From: Glycomyces sp. NPDC021274
GTDB lineage: Bacteria > Actinomycetota > Actinomycetes > Mycobacteriales > Micromonosporaceae
Direction of reading: 5' to 3'
Length of the DNA stretch: 24,000 bases
Assembly: GCF_040641195.1 (NCBI RefSeq)
Contig: NZ_JBFADC010000005.1
Location: forward strand, 85,866-109,865
Of this stretch, positions 1-8,629 are shown piece after piece. Position 1 is the stretch's first letter. Each line of letters begins with the position of its first letter. The notes under the pieces were generated by a model. It was not told where the DNA came from. It saw only the letters and a list, made by a program, of their open reading frames with translations, and did no database searches. Made by a program: the position numbers and the translations under genes.

Positions 1-747
1 CACGGTGAATGGTGGGAGGAACTGCTCAACGCCATGCAGGCGAGCGCCGACATCTGCCTGCAGATCGTCGACGTGTTCGACTACGGCAAAGGCGTCGTGA
101 ACCTGTTCACTGGCAACTTCCTCGACATCCTCGGCACCCTCGCGGCGGCCGTGTGCAAAGGCTGGCTGGACTTCCTCTGGAACTCCTTCACACCCTTGCA
201 GGACGCCGTCGGTGTGCTGCTCGGCAACCCTCCGAAGATCACGAACTCCGCGAACATGTGGAACTCGGTGTCCGAGAACCTCAAGGCGCTCCTGGACGCC
301 ATGGGCCCGGACCTGGAGCGGACCCTCAACCAGTGCTGGGACGGCCAGGCGGCGTGCAACGCGAGCGTCCGCGCCGGGGACCTCCTGCAGACCGTCGACT
401 TCGCCTCGCAGAGCGCGAAGGGGCTGAGTGAGCTCCTGCTGATCTACGCGGACATGGCAGCGCGGATCAACGACACGGTCCGCCAGTTCATCGCCGACAT
501 CGTCGGCACGGTGATCGGCGCCATCGGCGACATCGCCACCAAGGGGCCGCTCGCGATCATTCCGATCGGCATCGACCTGGCGATCCTGCTCGCTCGGTAC
601 ACGATGCGGCTCATCGGCATCGCCATCCAGGAAGCCTGGTTCATCATCGCCGGGATGCAGCTGCTCATCACGATCAGAGGCTGCTTCGAGAAAGCCATGG
701 AAGTGCTTGAGAAGTTCTCCGGCTACAACCCCACGCTCAGCGTCTAG
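1..747 (+). CDS. WXG100-like domain protein with hydrophobic C-terminal region (5' end cut by window edge)
   Basis: Frame 1 is open from base 1 (HGEWWEELLNA precedes the first Met at 34) to TAG 745-747. GC3 bias is strong. A helix-turn-helix carries W-x-G (NQCWDGQAA) and is followed by Ile/Gly/Ala-rich hydrophobic helices. The architecture matches 18846-19817. Confidence 0.75.
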   Translation, partial: HGEWWEELLNAMQASADICLQIVDVFDYGKGVVNLFTGNFLDILGTLAAAVCKGWLDFLWNSFTPLQDAVGVLLGNPPKITNSANMWNSVSENLKALLDAMGPDLERTLNQCWDGQAACNASVRAGDLLQTVDFASQSAKGLSELLLIYADMAARINDTVRQFIADIVGTVIGAIGDIATKGPLAIIPIGIDLAILLARYTMRLIGIAIQEAWFIIAGMQLLITIRGCFEKAMEVLEKFSGYNPTLSV

Positions 748-758
748 GAGGTGCTGCA

Positions 759-1046
759 ATGGCGACAGACCCGTTCGACCAGGCCACGCTCGCCGCGCTG
801 GCGGAAGGCATCACCGCCACCGCCGCGCATGAGGAATCGCTCGTCAAGGCGACCGCACTCCCGCACGGGGTGATCGTCGAGCTCGAGATCCAGCCGACCC
901 TGCACGACCTGGGCGCCGCCACGGCGGCGGCCGAGATCCTGACCGTTATTCGTGCGGCGCAAGCACAAGCCGATGCGGAGCTCCAGCAGCGAGTGCAAGC
1001 GCACATCGCGGCGACGATGCCGGAATTCGGAGGAGGACAGGCATGA
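759..1046 (+). CDS. small YbaB/EbfC-like protein (tentative family call)
   Basis: ATG 759 is preceded by GGAGGTG. The product is 95 aa and the stop overlaps the next start (ATGA 1043-1046). The core GVIVELEIQPTL...AAEILTVIRAAQ resembles the YbaB/EbfC pattern. Confidence 0.6.
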   Translation: MATDPFDQATLAALAEGITATAAHEESLVKATALPHGVIVELEIQPTLHDLGAATAAAEILTVIRAAQAQADAELQQRVQAHIAATMPEFGGGQA

Positions 1047-1372
1047 GCTTCGACTTCGACTCGCTGAAGCACATGAGACCGGAAGACATGATCGTGCGGC
1101 TTGAAGCCATGAAGGCGCAGGCCGAGCAGCAGCTGGCCGCGTTCGAGGCGATGAAGGAGCAGATCACGGCGATCACCGTGACTCGCACCGATGCCGAGGG
1201 CATGGTCACGTTGACCGTGGGCAGCGACGGTTACATCACGGACCTCGTCATCGATCCGGCAGTACATGGCCAGCAGTACCGCAGGCTCGGGTCGGTCATC
1301 GTCGCGACGCTTGCCGAAGCCCGAGCCGAGCTGCAGCAGAAGCTGAATGAGGCGGCCCCGCGCCGGGGCTGA
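1043..1372 (+). CDS. YbaB/EbfC family protein
   Basis: ATG 1043 overlaps the upstream stop. The 109-aa product has a coiled-coil N-terminus followed by TDAEGMVTLTVGSDGYITDLVIDP...LGSVIVATLAEARAEL, the classic YbaB/EbfC core pattern. GC3 is high. Confidence 0.8.
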   Translation: MSFDFDSLKHMRPEDMIVRLEAMKAQAEQQLAAFEAMKEQITAITVTRTDAEGMVTLTVGSDGYITDLVIDPAVHGQQYRRLGSVIVATLAEARAELQQKLNEAAPRRG

Positions 1373-1394
1373 GGACCACGGACGAGAGGTGGCC

Positions 1395-1577
1395 ATGGAC
1401 TGGCAGGGAGTTCCGCTGAAGCGGCTCGCCGAGTTGTACGGGGTGGTGACGACTCCTGAAGAGGCCCGGAAGTTCTACCGCAGGCAGGCGCGGATCAACA
1501 TCCGGCTGATCTGGGGCACCAACCTCTTCTTCATCCTGCTCTTCGCCACCCTGGTGTTCACCGGAGTCCTCGCGTGA
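1395..1577 (+). CDS. small tail-anchored membrane protein (hypothetical)
   Basis: ATG 1395 has GAGGTGG just upstream. The 60-aa product has a basic N-terminus and one C-terminal TM helix (LFFILLFATLVFTGVLA). The stop overlaps the next start (GTGA 1574-1577). The ORF is short, so confidence is moderate. Confidence 0.55.
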   Translation: MDWQGVPLKRLAELYGVVTTPEEARKFYRRQARINIRLIWGTNLFFILLFATLVFTGVLA

Positions 1578-1918
1578 ACGGCCCGCAGGGGTCGCCGAAC
1601 CCTCAGGGGGTACCGCCGGAGGTCGAGGCGCGGCTGCGCGATCCCCGGCACCCGGTGCACCACGGCCTCGTTCTTCATCCTGTGCCGAACTTGATCGTCA
1701 CCCGCAGCACCCCGCGCTACGGGGAGCGGCACCTCAGGATGTCCTGGTGGATGGCCAAGACCGTGGTGTTCGTGCATTACACGCGCATGCAGAAGCTCCT
1801 GTACTTCGGCGGCCTCATCGTTCTGATCCTCATGTGGACCGTGATCCCGCTGCTGCTCTTCGCGGATACGCCCAGTTGTGTATTCGACATGTCCAGCAAC
1901 GGCTGTCCCGCACCTTAA
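1574..1918 (+). CDS. membrane protein (hypothetical)
   Basis: GTG 1574 overlaps the upstream stop. The 114-aa ORF is GC3-rich throughout and has a C-terminal TM helix (LLYFGGLIVLILMWTVIPLLLF). I recognise no family. Confidence 0.55.
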   Translation: MNGPQGSPNPQGVPPEVEARLRDPRHPVHHGLVLHPVPNLIVTRSTPRYGERHLRMSWWMAKTVVFVHYTRMQKLLYFGGLIVLILMWTVIPLLLFADTPSCVFDMSSNGCPAP

Positions 1919-2520
1919 GCACCGTCGTTCGGATTCCCTTCCATCTCGACGGTTTCACCGCCTTCCTGGAAGTAGGGCGGGCACTCGGTATCGGAGGCCT
2001 CGTCCAGATACTGCTCGATCTCCGCGACCCTCGATTCAAGGTAGGAACCCCGATAGACGGCCGGGGGGAAGTCCTCGCGCTGCGGCACCTCCAGCAGCAC
2101 CCGATCACCGGGTTGAAGTGCGCTTTGCGGATCAGACAGTCCGGGATCCAGTACATCGAGCTCCACCGGTGCCGGCGACGCGGCGGGCTTGAGCGGATCC
2201 TCGACCGCGAAGGTCACGATGATTCGGTCAGCGACATCGGAGGGCGCCACCGAAACGACCTCCCCCACCGCTATGAACTCGGAGCAGGCGATGTTCTCGG
2301 CTTCGTTCAGACTCTGAACGAACGGCTGTCGTTCATTCTTGCCGAAATCAGCCGTGACGAGAATGAACGTGCCAAAGATGACCAGCGAAGCGCCGAGCAC
2401 CAGTCCGGCGACCAGACCACCCGAGATCCGTTTGCGAGGCGCAGCACCGGCCTCTTTCCCGATCAGGTTGACCGCCCTCCGCAGATCCTCGTCTTCCGGT
2501 TCAGGTTCCTTCTCCGTCAT
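1915..2520 (-). CDS. single-pass membrane protein co-translated with ECF sigma factor (possible anti-sigma factor)
   Basis: ATG 2520 overlaps the sigma-factor stop (ATGA 2517-2520). The longer 280-aa ORF version runs out of frame through the sigma gene and is rejected. The 201-aa product has a short acidic cytoplasmic N-terminus, one TM helix (GGLVAGLVLGASLVIFGTFILV) and an extracytoplasmic domain of about 145 aa. No HxxxCxxC zinc anti-sigma motif is present. Confidence 0.7.
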   Translation of the reverse strand: MTEKEPEPEDEDLRRAVNLIGKEAGAAPRKRISGGLVAGLVLGASLVIFGTFILVTADFGKNERQPFVQSLNEAENIACSEFIAVGEVVSVAPSDVADRIIVTFAVEDPLKPAASPAPVELDVLDPGLSDPQSALQPGDRVLLEVPQREDFPPAVYRGSYLESRVAEIEQYLDEASDTECPPYFQEGGETVEMEGNPNDGA

Positions 2521-3047
2521 TGGATCTCCTCTACTTGCAATCGGGTCCGAAGCGCGGCCACAGCCGAGTTCAGTCGGCTCTTCACTGTGCCTTCCGGGAT
2601 ATCCAGCATGAGAGCGATGTCCCTGACCGGTAGATCGACAAAGAAGCGCAAGGCCACCACCTGCCGCTGGAGATCGGTCAGAAGCTCTAGCCGCTCCGCC
2701 ACTGCAAGCGCGAGGTCGCGGTCCTCCTGGGGATGATCCGGCGGCGTTGCGGCCCATCGTGCGGCAAGGCGTTCGCGCAGCCCGGTGTCGCGCTTCCGGG
2801 AACGGTGCCAGTCTGCCGCCACCCTCGAAGCGGCGACCGAGGCCCAGGCCCCAGGGTTCCGGATCGTCTCGAGATGAGCCTTCGAGCTTGACTGGAGCAG
2901 TTTGAGGCGGACCTCCTGGAGTGCGTCGTCCAGTTCGTCCCAGGGCACGCCGCCCAGAGCGAGGACCGCCCGGACCCGCTCCACCTCCTGTTGGTCGGTG
3001 AGGAGCGAAGCGCCTCGCTCCGCTCTGGTGCTGCGCTGTCGCGTCAT
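2517..3047 (-). CDS. ECF-type RNA polymerase sigma-70 family factor
   Basis: The 176-aa product has a region 2-like segment (RNPGAWASVAASRVAADWHRSRKR) and a region 4.2 HTH (LRFFVDLPVRDIALMLDIPEGTVKSRLNSA). A strong AAGGAGGAAG Shine-Dalgarno precedes ATG 3047. Confidence 0.9.
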   Translation of the reverse strand: MTRQRSTRAERGASLLTDQQEVERVRAVLALGGVPWDELDDALQEVRLKLLQSSSKAHLETIRNPGAWASVAASRVAADWHRSRKRDTGLRERLAARWAATPPDHPQEDRDLALAVAERLELLTDLQRQVVALRFFVDLPVRDIALMLDIPEGTVKSRLNSAVAALRTRLQVEEIQ

Positions 3048-3075
3048 GGCGGCTTCCTCCTTACTGTTGATATCT

Positions 3076-3104
3076 ATGACGCGCGAACCAGGTGGAACGT
3101 TCGG
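3076..3104 (-). promoter_or_regulatory. candidate ECF-type promoter upstream of the sigma factor gene
   Basis: On the minus strand, CCGAAC (3104-3099), a 17-nt spacer and CGTCAT (3081-3076) lie about 30-55 nt upstream of the sigma start. This resembles the GAAC...CGT layout of autoregulated ECF promoters. The call rests on motif resemblance only. Confidence 0.3.
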
Positions 3105-3139
3105 AGCCGGTCGTCATTTCATACGGCAGCTCCGCATTG

Positions 3140-3177
3140 CGGGCGACCGCAGACCTCTTGCAGTCTCCGGCCGCCCG
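3140..3177 (-). terminator. stem-loop terminator candidate after the 3202-3966 gene
   Basis: The minus-strand hairpin is CGGGCGGCCGGAGAC-TGCAAGAG-GTCTGCGGTCGCCCG, a 15-bp stem with one mismatch and one G-U. It starts about 25 nt after the stop at 3202. There is no U tract, which is common in high-GC actinobacteria. It lies just upstream of the candidate sigma promoter. Confidence 0.5.
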
Positions 3178-3201
3178 AATCGCGGCTATCTTCCTTGTGG
3201 G

Positions 3202-3966
3202 TCAGACACAGTCGGATGTCGCTGAGAACGCGTCAACCGGGACTTCGGGTGTTGCCGTCGGGGTGGCGGTTTCGAGCTCGGCGACCAGTGCGTCTGCGCT
3301 TTGCCCCGCCACCTGCTCTTCCAGGCCGCCGAAGGCCACGTTTTCCTCTGTCGCGGCGAACTGCTGCGGGCTCTGGATCTCACCTTCGAGTTCGCCGTTG
3401 CCGAGCACGCCGTCATCGTAGGGAATTTCGGAGCCTTCGCCGAGGCCGCGCCATTGCGCGGGCTCGGATTCTCCGTCCTCGCAGCGCTCGGGTTCCCATC
3501 GGATCGCCATGACATAGCTGTGGCCGACCTCGACCCGCGGACGCTCGTGCAGGGCCATCTCGAACGGCTCGGAGGTGTTGCCCTCCGTGAACTGCGCGCC
3601 GATCGCGGAGTAGTCCCACGTTGCAGGCGGGGCGACGAGGGTGCCGTCACGCGACCAGAGCACCTCGCTGACCTCCAGGGTCACAGTGCGGCCGATGATG
3701 CCCTCGCCGCGATCGAGTTCCGTCTGCGACGGCGGGACGGATACCTCTGATACCGCGCTGACCACGACAACGTGGTCGGCATAGGTGACCCAGTCGGCAG
3801 CAGTCTCACTCGGCAGGTGGTCGACACCTTCGACCATGACTGCACCGGGCGGGGGCTGCGATGGGGGGAGGGGCTCCGGAGCGGCGAACCCGGCGATTGC
3901 GAGGCCGATGGCCCCAGCGGTGGCCAGTACCGCTCCCACGGAGACGATCAGGGGTAGTCGCTTCAT
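3202..3966 (-). CDS. secreted or membrane-anchored acidic protein (hypothetical)
   Basis: The product is 254 aa. ATG 3966 has a GAGGAG Shine-Dalgarno and lies 10 nt after the protease stop, so the two are probably co-transcribed. The N-terminal signal or anchor is MKRLPLIVSVGAVLATAGAIGLAIAG. I recognise no family. Confidence 0.75.
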   Translation of the reverse strand: MKRLPLIVSVGAVLATAGAIGLAIAGFAAPEPLPPSQPPPGAVMVEGVDHLPSETAADWVTYADHVVVVSAVSEVSVPPSQTELDRGEGIIGRTVTLEVSEVLWSRDGTLVAPPATWDYSAIGAQFTEGNTSEPFEMALHERPRVEVGHSYVMAIRWEPERCEDGESEPAQWRGLGEGSEIPYDDGVLGNGELEGEIQSPQQFAATEENVAFGGLEEQVAGQSADALVAELETATPTATPEVPVDAFSATSDCV

Positions 3967-3976
3967 TGCCGTCTCC

Positions 3977-4630
3977 TCAGTAGGTGTTGTTGATGTTCTC
4001 GATGTTGTTGGAGCCGAGCGAGGTGGTGGAACCGACCGGGGTCACCATGCAGCCGAGCCGTGTATCGGTGTTGGTCTTCATCGGGGATGAGACGTTGCCG
4101 TGGACCAGACCGACCGCATGCCCCGTCTCGTGGCAAGCGAGTCCACGGGTGTAGGAGCCGGCCCCTCGGATGCGAACGTACTGCTGGTCGCACTTGTCCA
4201 GGTCCGATGCGTTGTTGCACCAGGTCATGCCGTCGACACTGGAAGGAATGTCGGCCGAGCCCTCCTGATAGATGATGTCGGTTTCGGCGCTGCCGGAGAA
4301 CGACGGAGTCGAGTCGTACGAGACGCTCAGGTCGGTGGGGTTGTAGTCGCTGGACATGGTCGCCCGAACGTCGTCCCTGTCCGGAGTTTCGAGTTCGAAC
4401 TCGCCGCCGCTGTCCATGTAGTACGTGAGTGTGGCGTTGTCCGTGCGGCAGGTGGACTGGCGTGCATTGGGTTCTTCCGAGAAGCAGCCGGCGTTGGCGT
4501 ACTGCGTCGGATACATGTTGTCCGTGTAAGCGGCCCAAGCGATCCCGGCGGTAGCCGCCAGGGCGATGAGCACAACGGCGCAGAAGCCGACGATTCTGGC
4601 CGCGATCTTGTCTGCAAAGGCTGTCAGCAA
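3977..4630 (-). CDS. secreted zinc metalloprotease, metzincin-type (HExxHxxGxxH)
   Basis: HETGHAVGLVHG matches the HExxHxxGxxH zinc-binding consensus, and a downstream Met is present (GCMVTP). A hydrophobic signal or anchor is present (IVGFCAVVLIALAATAGIAWA). The start is uncertain: TTG 4630 with AGGAAG upstream is preferred, and in-frame ATGs at 4708 and 4765 are alternatives. Confidence 0.8.
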   Translation of the reverse strand: MLTAFADKIAARIVGFCAVVLIALAATAGIAWAAYTDNMYPTQYANAGCFSEEPNARQSTCRTDNATLTYYMDSGGEFELETPDRDDVRATMSSDYNPTDLSVSYDSTPSFSGSAETDIIYQEGSADIPSSVDGMTWCNNASDLDKCDQQYVRIRGAGSYTRGLACHETGHAVGLVHGNVSSPMKTNTDTRLGCMVTPVGSTTSLGSNNIENINNTY

Positions 4631-4988
4631 TGCGTCTTCCTGTCTGTTCGAGGAGTCAGGGCATGCCGGAGGCCCCGGAGGGAGACAGGGCGTGCGCCTT
4701 GTGTGCATGGCTACGCCCCGACTTTGCGGATGCAAGCCAGTCGGGTCGTGCCGTTTGGTTGGCATTTCGATGCGGGGAGAGGGACGATCTTGCTGTGCCA
4801 GAGGGGTGTCCGGCGCTGTGAGGGAGCCTCCATAAGCGATTGCGCAAATTGGATTGCCGCAAGGTTAACAGGGTCTGAAGGCTCTGTCAATCACGCTCTG
4901 TTGCTGGGAGGCAACGTCAAACGACGTGCGGGTCGCCGCATGGCCGCTGTCGGCTGCGCCGTCCATCCCTCATCGAAAGGCGGCGACC

Positions 4989-6155
4989 TCAGTTCAGTGG
5001 GGCGCCCATCTGGTTCATGAAGTCGACCGGGTCCACCGCGCCGGCCGGGCTGCGGTCGGCGTTCAGGTGCGTCTCGAAGTGCAGGTGCGGACCGCTCGAT
5101 CGGCCGGACGAACCCACATAGCCGAGGATCTGACCGGCCTGGACTACGTCGCCCTCCTTCACCAGCGGAGCGGATCCGAAGTGGCAGTAGCGGGTCAGGT
5201 AGTCGCCGGCGTGCACGATGTTGACGTACCAGCCGCACCCGGCGACTTCCGGAGAACCGTCCTGGTTGCAGGAGTAGGGCGCACCGTACAGGCTCGCGTT
5301 GCACTCTGAGGTGATCACAGTTCCAGCAGCTGCGGCGACCACGGTCGCGCCGCGCGGTGCGCCGATGTCGACGCCGTGGTGGGTTGGTCTTTCAGCAGTA
5401 CGGAATCCGGAGTTCAGCGGCCCTTCGACTGGAATGATCCAACCTGAAGCGGAGAGCTGCCCGGAGGGATTGCAGTTGCCGAGCTGGGTGTCGACGGCGG
5501 CCACGCGACCGCCGCCGCCGGTCAGGGTGTTGACGATCTCGGTCGCCTTCGGCTCGTGCTTGGCGTAGGCATTGGGGAAGGCGGAGATCTGGACCTTCTG
5601 CGCCGCAACCGTCAGCGGCAGCGTCTCCCAGTCGTCGATGGTCAGGAGCTTCTCGTAGAACTTCGTCGAGGCGTAGACCGGATCGGTGATCTGTTCCGGT
5701 GTGCCCCAACCGGTCGACGGCCGCTGCTGGAACAGGCCGAGCGAGTCGTGGTCGTTCTGGTCGCCGAGGTGGCCGTGGTTCGTCAGGCTCGACTCCTGCA
5801 TCGCCGTCGCCACGGCGATGATCCAGCCCCGGGCCGGGATCTCGAGGTCCTGTCCGACCGAGATGATGATCGCGGCGTTCTTGATCTCCTCGGAGGTGTA
5901 CGGGCTGATCGCGGGGAACTCGGCATTCGGGTCGACCGTGGAGTTCGTGCCGCAACCGGCCAGGCTCACCGTGCCCTCGTCGCCGTTCGACTGGTCGGAC
6001 AGCAGCTGCACGACGGAGACGACCACACCGAGGCAGCACACGCTGACCACGGTGAGAATCCACATCAGCGGCCTGAGCTTCTTGGGGATCTTGGGCGTGA
6101 TGGGGTCCGCGGAGCGTTCCTTCGCAGTGGTCTCGTCGTCGCCGATGGCACTCAT
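4989..6155 (-). CDS. bifunctional peptidoglycan hydrolase: lytic-transglycosylase-like domain plus M23 metallopeptidase (VirB1-analogue role)
   Basis: The 388-aa product has an N-terminal TM anchor. Its middle domain carries AMQESSL...DHDSLGLFQQR. Its C-terminal part carries the M23/LytM motifs HHGVDIG and GSSGRSSGPHLHFE. The ATG overlaps the upstream stop (ATGA 6152-6155). Confidence 0.9.
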   Translation of the reverse strand: MSAIGDDETTAKERSADPITPKIPKKLRPLMWILTVVSVCCLGVVVSVVQLLSDQSNGDEGTVSLAGCGTNSTVDPNAEFPAISPYTSEEIKNAAIIISVGQDLEIPARGWIIAVATAMQESSLTNHGHLGDQNDHDSLGLFQQRPSTGWGTPEQITDPVYASTKFYEKLLTIDDWETLPLTVAAQKVQISAFPNAYAKHEPKATEIVNTLTGGGGRVAAVDTQLGNCNPSGQLSASGWIIPVEGPLNSGFRTAERPTHHGVDIGAPRGATVVAAAAGTVITSECNASLYGAPYSCNQDGSPEVAGCGWYVNIVHAGDYLTRYCHFGSAPLVKEGDVVQAGQILGYVGSSGRSSGPHLHFETHLNADRSPAGAVDPVDFMNQMGAPLN

Positions 6156-6691
6156 GACTGCTCCCAGTCGATCGCCGAGACGAGCCAGCCGGTCCCGGTC
6201 AGGTTGTTGGAGCCTTCAGTCATGGTGAGGGTCAGTGTTCCCGTGTCCATCGGGAAGGCGACCTTCAAGCCCTCTGGGACCGGGGGTCCGGTGACCTCCG
6301 TGGCAGGCACCTCGCTTGGGTCGACGCCCTGCATCAGCTCGGCCTGCTCATCGGTGAGGAACGGGATGATCGAGTCGTACCAGCCGTCGGCGCTGTACCC
6401 GTTCGGATTGAGCCAGGCCTCGGCGAACTCGACCGATCGGTCGACCGCTTCCTGCGGCAGCTCCTCTTCGGGGTAGCAGTCGTCGCTTTCGCAGTTCTCC
6501 GTCGCGAAGCCGTCGTCTTCAGTGAAGGCCTCGGAGCTCGCTTCCGACGTCGAGCCTCCGCCGTTGGCATTGCCGCCGTCGAGCGGTGTCTGTTCGCGTT
6601 GGCTTGCCAGTGCGATGACGCCGAGCACGAGGATCAGGATGATGACGACGATCCCGTAGCGGGAGAAGATGATCCGGAGGGCTCGGTTCAT
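6152..6691 (-). CDS. bitopic membrane protein, VirB8/TcpC-like by topology and position
   Basis: The 179-aa product has an N-terminal TM helix (IVVIILILVLGVIALA), an acidic linker and a C-terminal extracytoplasmic domain of about 100 aa. The start lies 3 nt after the upstream stop. The functional label is inference only. Confidence 0.75.
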   Translation of the reverse strand: MNRALRIIFSRYGIVVIILILVLGVIALASQREQTPLDGGNANGGGSTSEASSEAFTEDDGFATENCESDDCYPEEELPQEAVDRSVEFAEAWLNPNGYSADGWYDSIIPFLTDEQAELMQGVDPSEVPATEVTGPPVPEGLKVAFPMDTGTLTLTMTEGSNNLTGTGWLVSAIDWEQS

Positions 6692-6694
6692 CGG

Positions 6695-8629
6695 TCACTC
6701 TTTTCTCGAAGGCCGGTAGACCTCTCCACCGCCGGAACCGCCTCCGCCGGACGCCGCCGTCCCACTTTGACCACCGGCGCCGGCCGGTTGGTCGGCTCCG
6801 GTCTTCTGCTCGGGCAGGGTGTCAGTTCCGCGCGGTGTGCGCACGGTATCGGGGACCTCTTCGGGGCGCGCGTCGTCGCGGCGGCGCGAGACCCGCTCGC
6901 GCTCACGCTCGCGTTCGGCCTCGCGCTCGGATTCGGTGGTGCGTCTGCCGAGGAGCGAATCGGCCACGCCGCCGCCTGCGACGAGTCCGGCGATGCGCCT
7001 TCCTGGTCGTAGGAGCAGCCAAGCGGCGACGCCCAAGAGTCCAATGAGGACGACCTGGAGCCAGACGGGCATCGTGGTGCCCAGGATGCGGCTCGAAGCC
7101 CAGATGTAGATCACCGCAGCCAACGAGAAGATCGCGACGTTGATGATCGCCCCGAGGACCGTGTTGACCAGGCGTTTGAATGGGCCGCCAGCCGGGCGCA
7201 GCAGCGCGATCGTACCGATGATCGGCAGGGCCACGATCGCGAAGCGCACGATCATGAAGCCCAGGATGATCAGGATCGAGGCCACTAGGTCGAAGAGCGA
7301 GAAGAAGATCGCGGTCAGGAGCGCAAGGAAGCCGGTGCCGGTGCGCTCCCAGGCGCGCTGGCCGCTGATGTTGGCGTAGGCCTCAGGGTCCTCGGTCTGG
7401 ATCTGAGCGACCAGGTTGCGCCAGTTCTCTTGCTTCTCCTCGATAAGGTCGTTGCGATACGTCGCGGAGTCCTCTGCTTCGGCTTGCTCTTCCCAGGAGA
7501 AGGCTTGAGCTGCGAAGAGAGCTGGACCGTACTTGTAAGCGGCGTTGGAGTCCGTGACGACGGGGTTTCCCTCGGCGTCCTCAACTACTTTGCCGTCGCG
7601 CTCCTGGAACGTGACTTCTTCGCTCTGGCCGAGCATGGTCCGCAGCCAGTTCTGGTAGAGCACCTGCCCGGAGACGGTGTCGGAGGCGACTACAGCGGCA
7701 GTGCGGGTGTCGACGCAGAAGTCTTCGCCGTTGTTTTCCTTTAGCTCGTCGTACCGCTCCTGGTCCATACCGTCCTCGCGCCAGCAGCCCTCAACCATGT
7801 CATCGTTGATGAGCACGGTGCTGAGGTTCATGCCGATGGTCAAAGCCTGATCCGTGTATTCGGCGGCCTTGACCGGCCAGCGAACCACGGCAGTGACGAG
7901 CACGAGAATGAGCACAGCCCAGGCCACGGTCGTGACCGCGTTGTTCATGTCGGCTTGCTTTGAGCGCCAAAGCAGGTAGAGGCCGATGAGTCCTACGGTG
8001 ACCGCGCCGAAGACCGTGAAGATCTGGCGATACAGGATTTCGGTGCCCTGCTCCATGAACTCGTTGGACCAGCCCCACATGTTGTCGGGCTCCCAGGCGG
8101 CCTGCCGCATCGAGTTCGCGGCCCCGACAGTGGCGACCGATAGGTTGAACTCCATGTTCGCCAAGGCGTTCGCGGTGTCGGCACCGTTGGGGATCGACAC
8201 GGAGTCGACGCAGCCGCCGCCGATCGACATCTCTTGGGAGCCGTACATCGGAAGCTGGTAACCGGCGTACCCGTAGGCGCTATAGGTGCCGATGCCTTCG
8301 CTCTTGTCGAGCCTGCTCGGCTCGGCGAACCAACCCGCCATGCCTGAGTCCGGAGAAGCGGGCTGTGGCGCAGCCTCGCATTGAAGCTCTTGACCTGCGG
8401 GCAGCTCCTCCAGGCAACTCGACCATTCGGTGTGCCACTCGTAATCGGTGCACCCCTCCGCATCACCCTGCGCCCCAGCCATACCCGGTGTGAACACCAA
8501 GGCCCCGGCCGCCGCCGTCAGGGCGAGCAGGACCCGGCCGAGGCGTCCGGCCGCGCGTGCGGCGAGGCCTGGTAGTCGGTGTCGGGTTGATGGAGGAGCA
8601 AGGTCGTGATCGGCGGAGGGGTCGGTCAC
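6695..8629 (-). CDS. polytopic membrane protein, VirB6/TrbL/TcpH-like T4SS channel component
   Basis: GTG 8629 overlaps the ATPase stop (GTGA 8626-8629). The upstream part of the 1405-aa ORF is an Arg/Pro-rich out-of-frame shadow of the ATPase gene. The 644-aa product has a signal peptide, a Cys-containing ectodomain, about 6 TM helices with a loop of about 170 aa, and a C-terminal ERERER and Gly-rich tail. Confidence 0.8.
   Translation of the reverse strand: MTDPSADHDLAPPSTRHRLPGLAARAAGRLGRVLLALTAAAGALVFTPGMAGAQGDAEGCTDYEWHTEWSSCLEELPAGQELQCEAAPQPASPDSGMAGWFAEPSRLDKSEGIGTYSAYGYAGYQLPMYGSQEMSIGGGCVDSVSIPNGADTANALANMEFNLSVATVGAANSMRQAAWEPDNMWGWSNEFMEQGTEILYRQIFTVFGAVTVGLIGLYLLWRSKQADMNNAVTTVAWAVLILVLVTAVVRWPVKAAEYTDQALTIGMNLSTVLINDDMVEGCWREDGMDQERYDELKENNGEDFCVDTRTAAVVASDTVSGQVLYQNWLRTMLGQSEEVTFQERDGKVVEDAEGNPVVTDSNAAYKYGPALFAAQAFSWEEQAEAEDSATYRNDLIEEKQENWRNLVAQIQTEDPEAYANISGQRAWERTGTGFLALLTAIFFSLFDLVASILIILGFMIVRFAIVALPIIGTIALLRPAGGPFKRLVNTVLGAIINVAIFSLAAVIYIWASSRILGTTMPVWLQVVLIGLLGVAAWLLLRPGRRIAGLVAGGGVADSLLGRRTTESEREAERERERERVSRRRDDARPEEVPDTVRTPRGTDTLPEQKTGADQPAGAGGQSGTAASGGGGSGGGEVYRPSRKE

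Noticed and set aside
1913-1920. The stop codons of the convergent genes 1574-1918 (+) and 1915-2520 (-) overlap within the palindrome CTTAAG.
   Set aside because: This is real but probably a trivial consequence of TAA being self-overlapping in CTTAAG. No hairpin or other structure surrounds it.
1747-2736. 329-aa plus-strand ORF, and the 2521-2757 extension of the 280-aa minus-strand ORF.
   Set aside because: Both run antisense to or out of frame with the sigma factor and membrane-partner pair. The ATGA coupling at 2517-2520 defines the true boundary.
4931-4988. 9-bp inverted repeat GGTCGCCGC...GCGGCGACC just downstream of the M23 gene stop, plus several 5-bp hairpins at 4895-4930, as a terminator.
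   Set aside because: The loop is about 40 nt and the small stems are weak. This is plausible as a structured 3' region, but it is not convincing enough to annotate.
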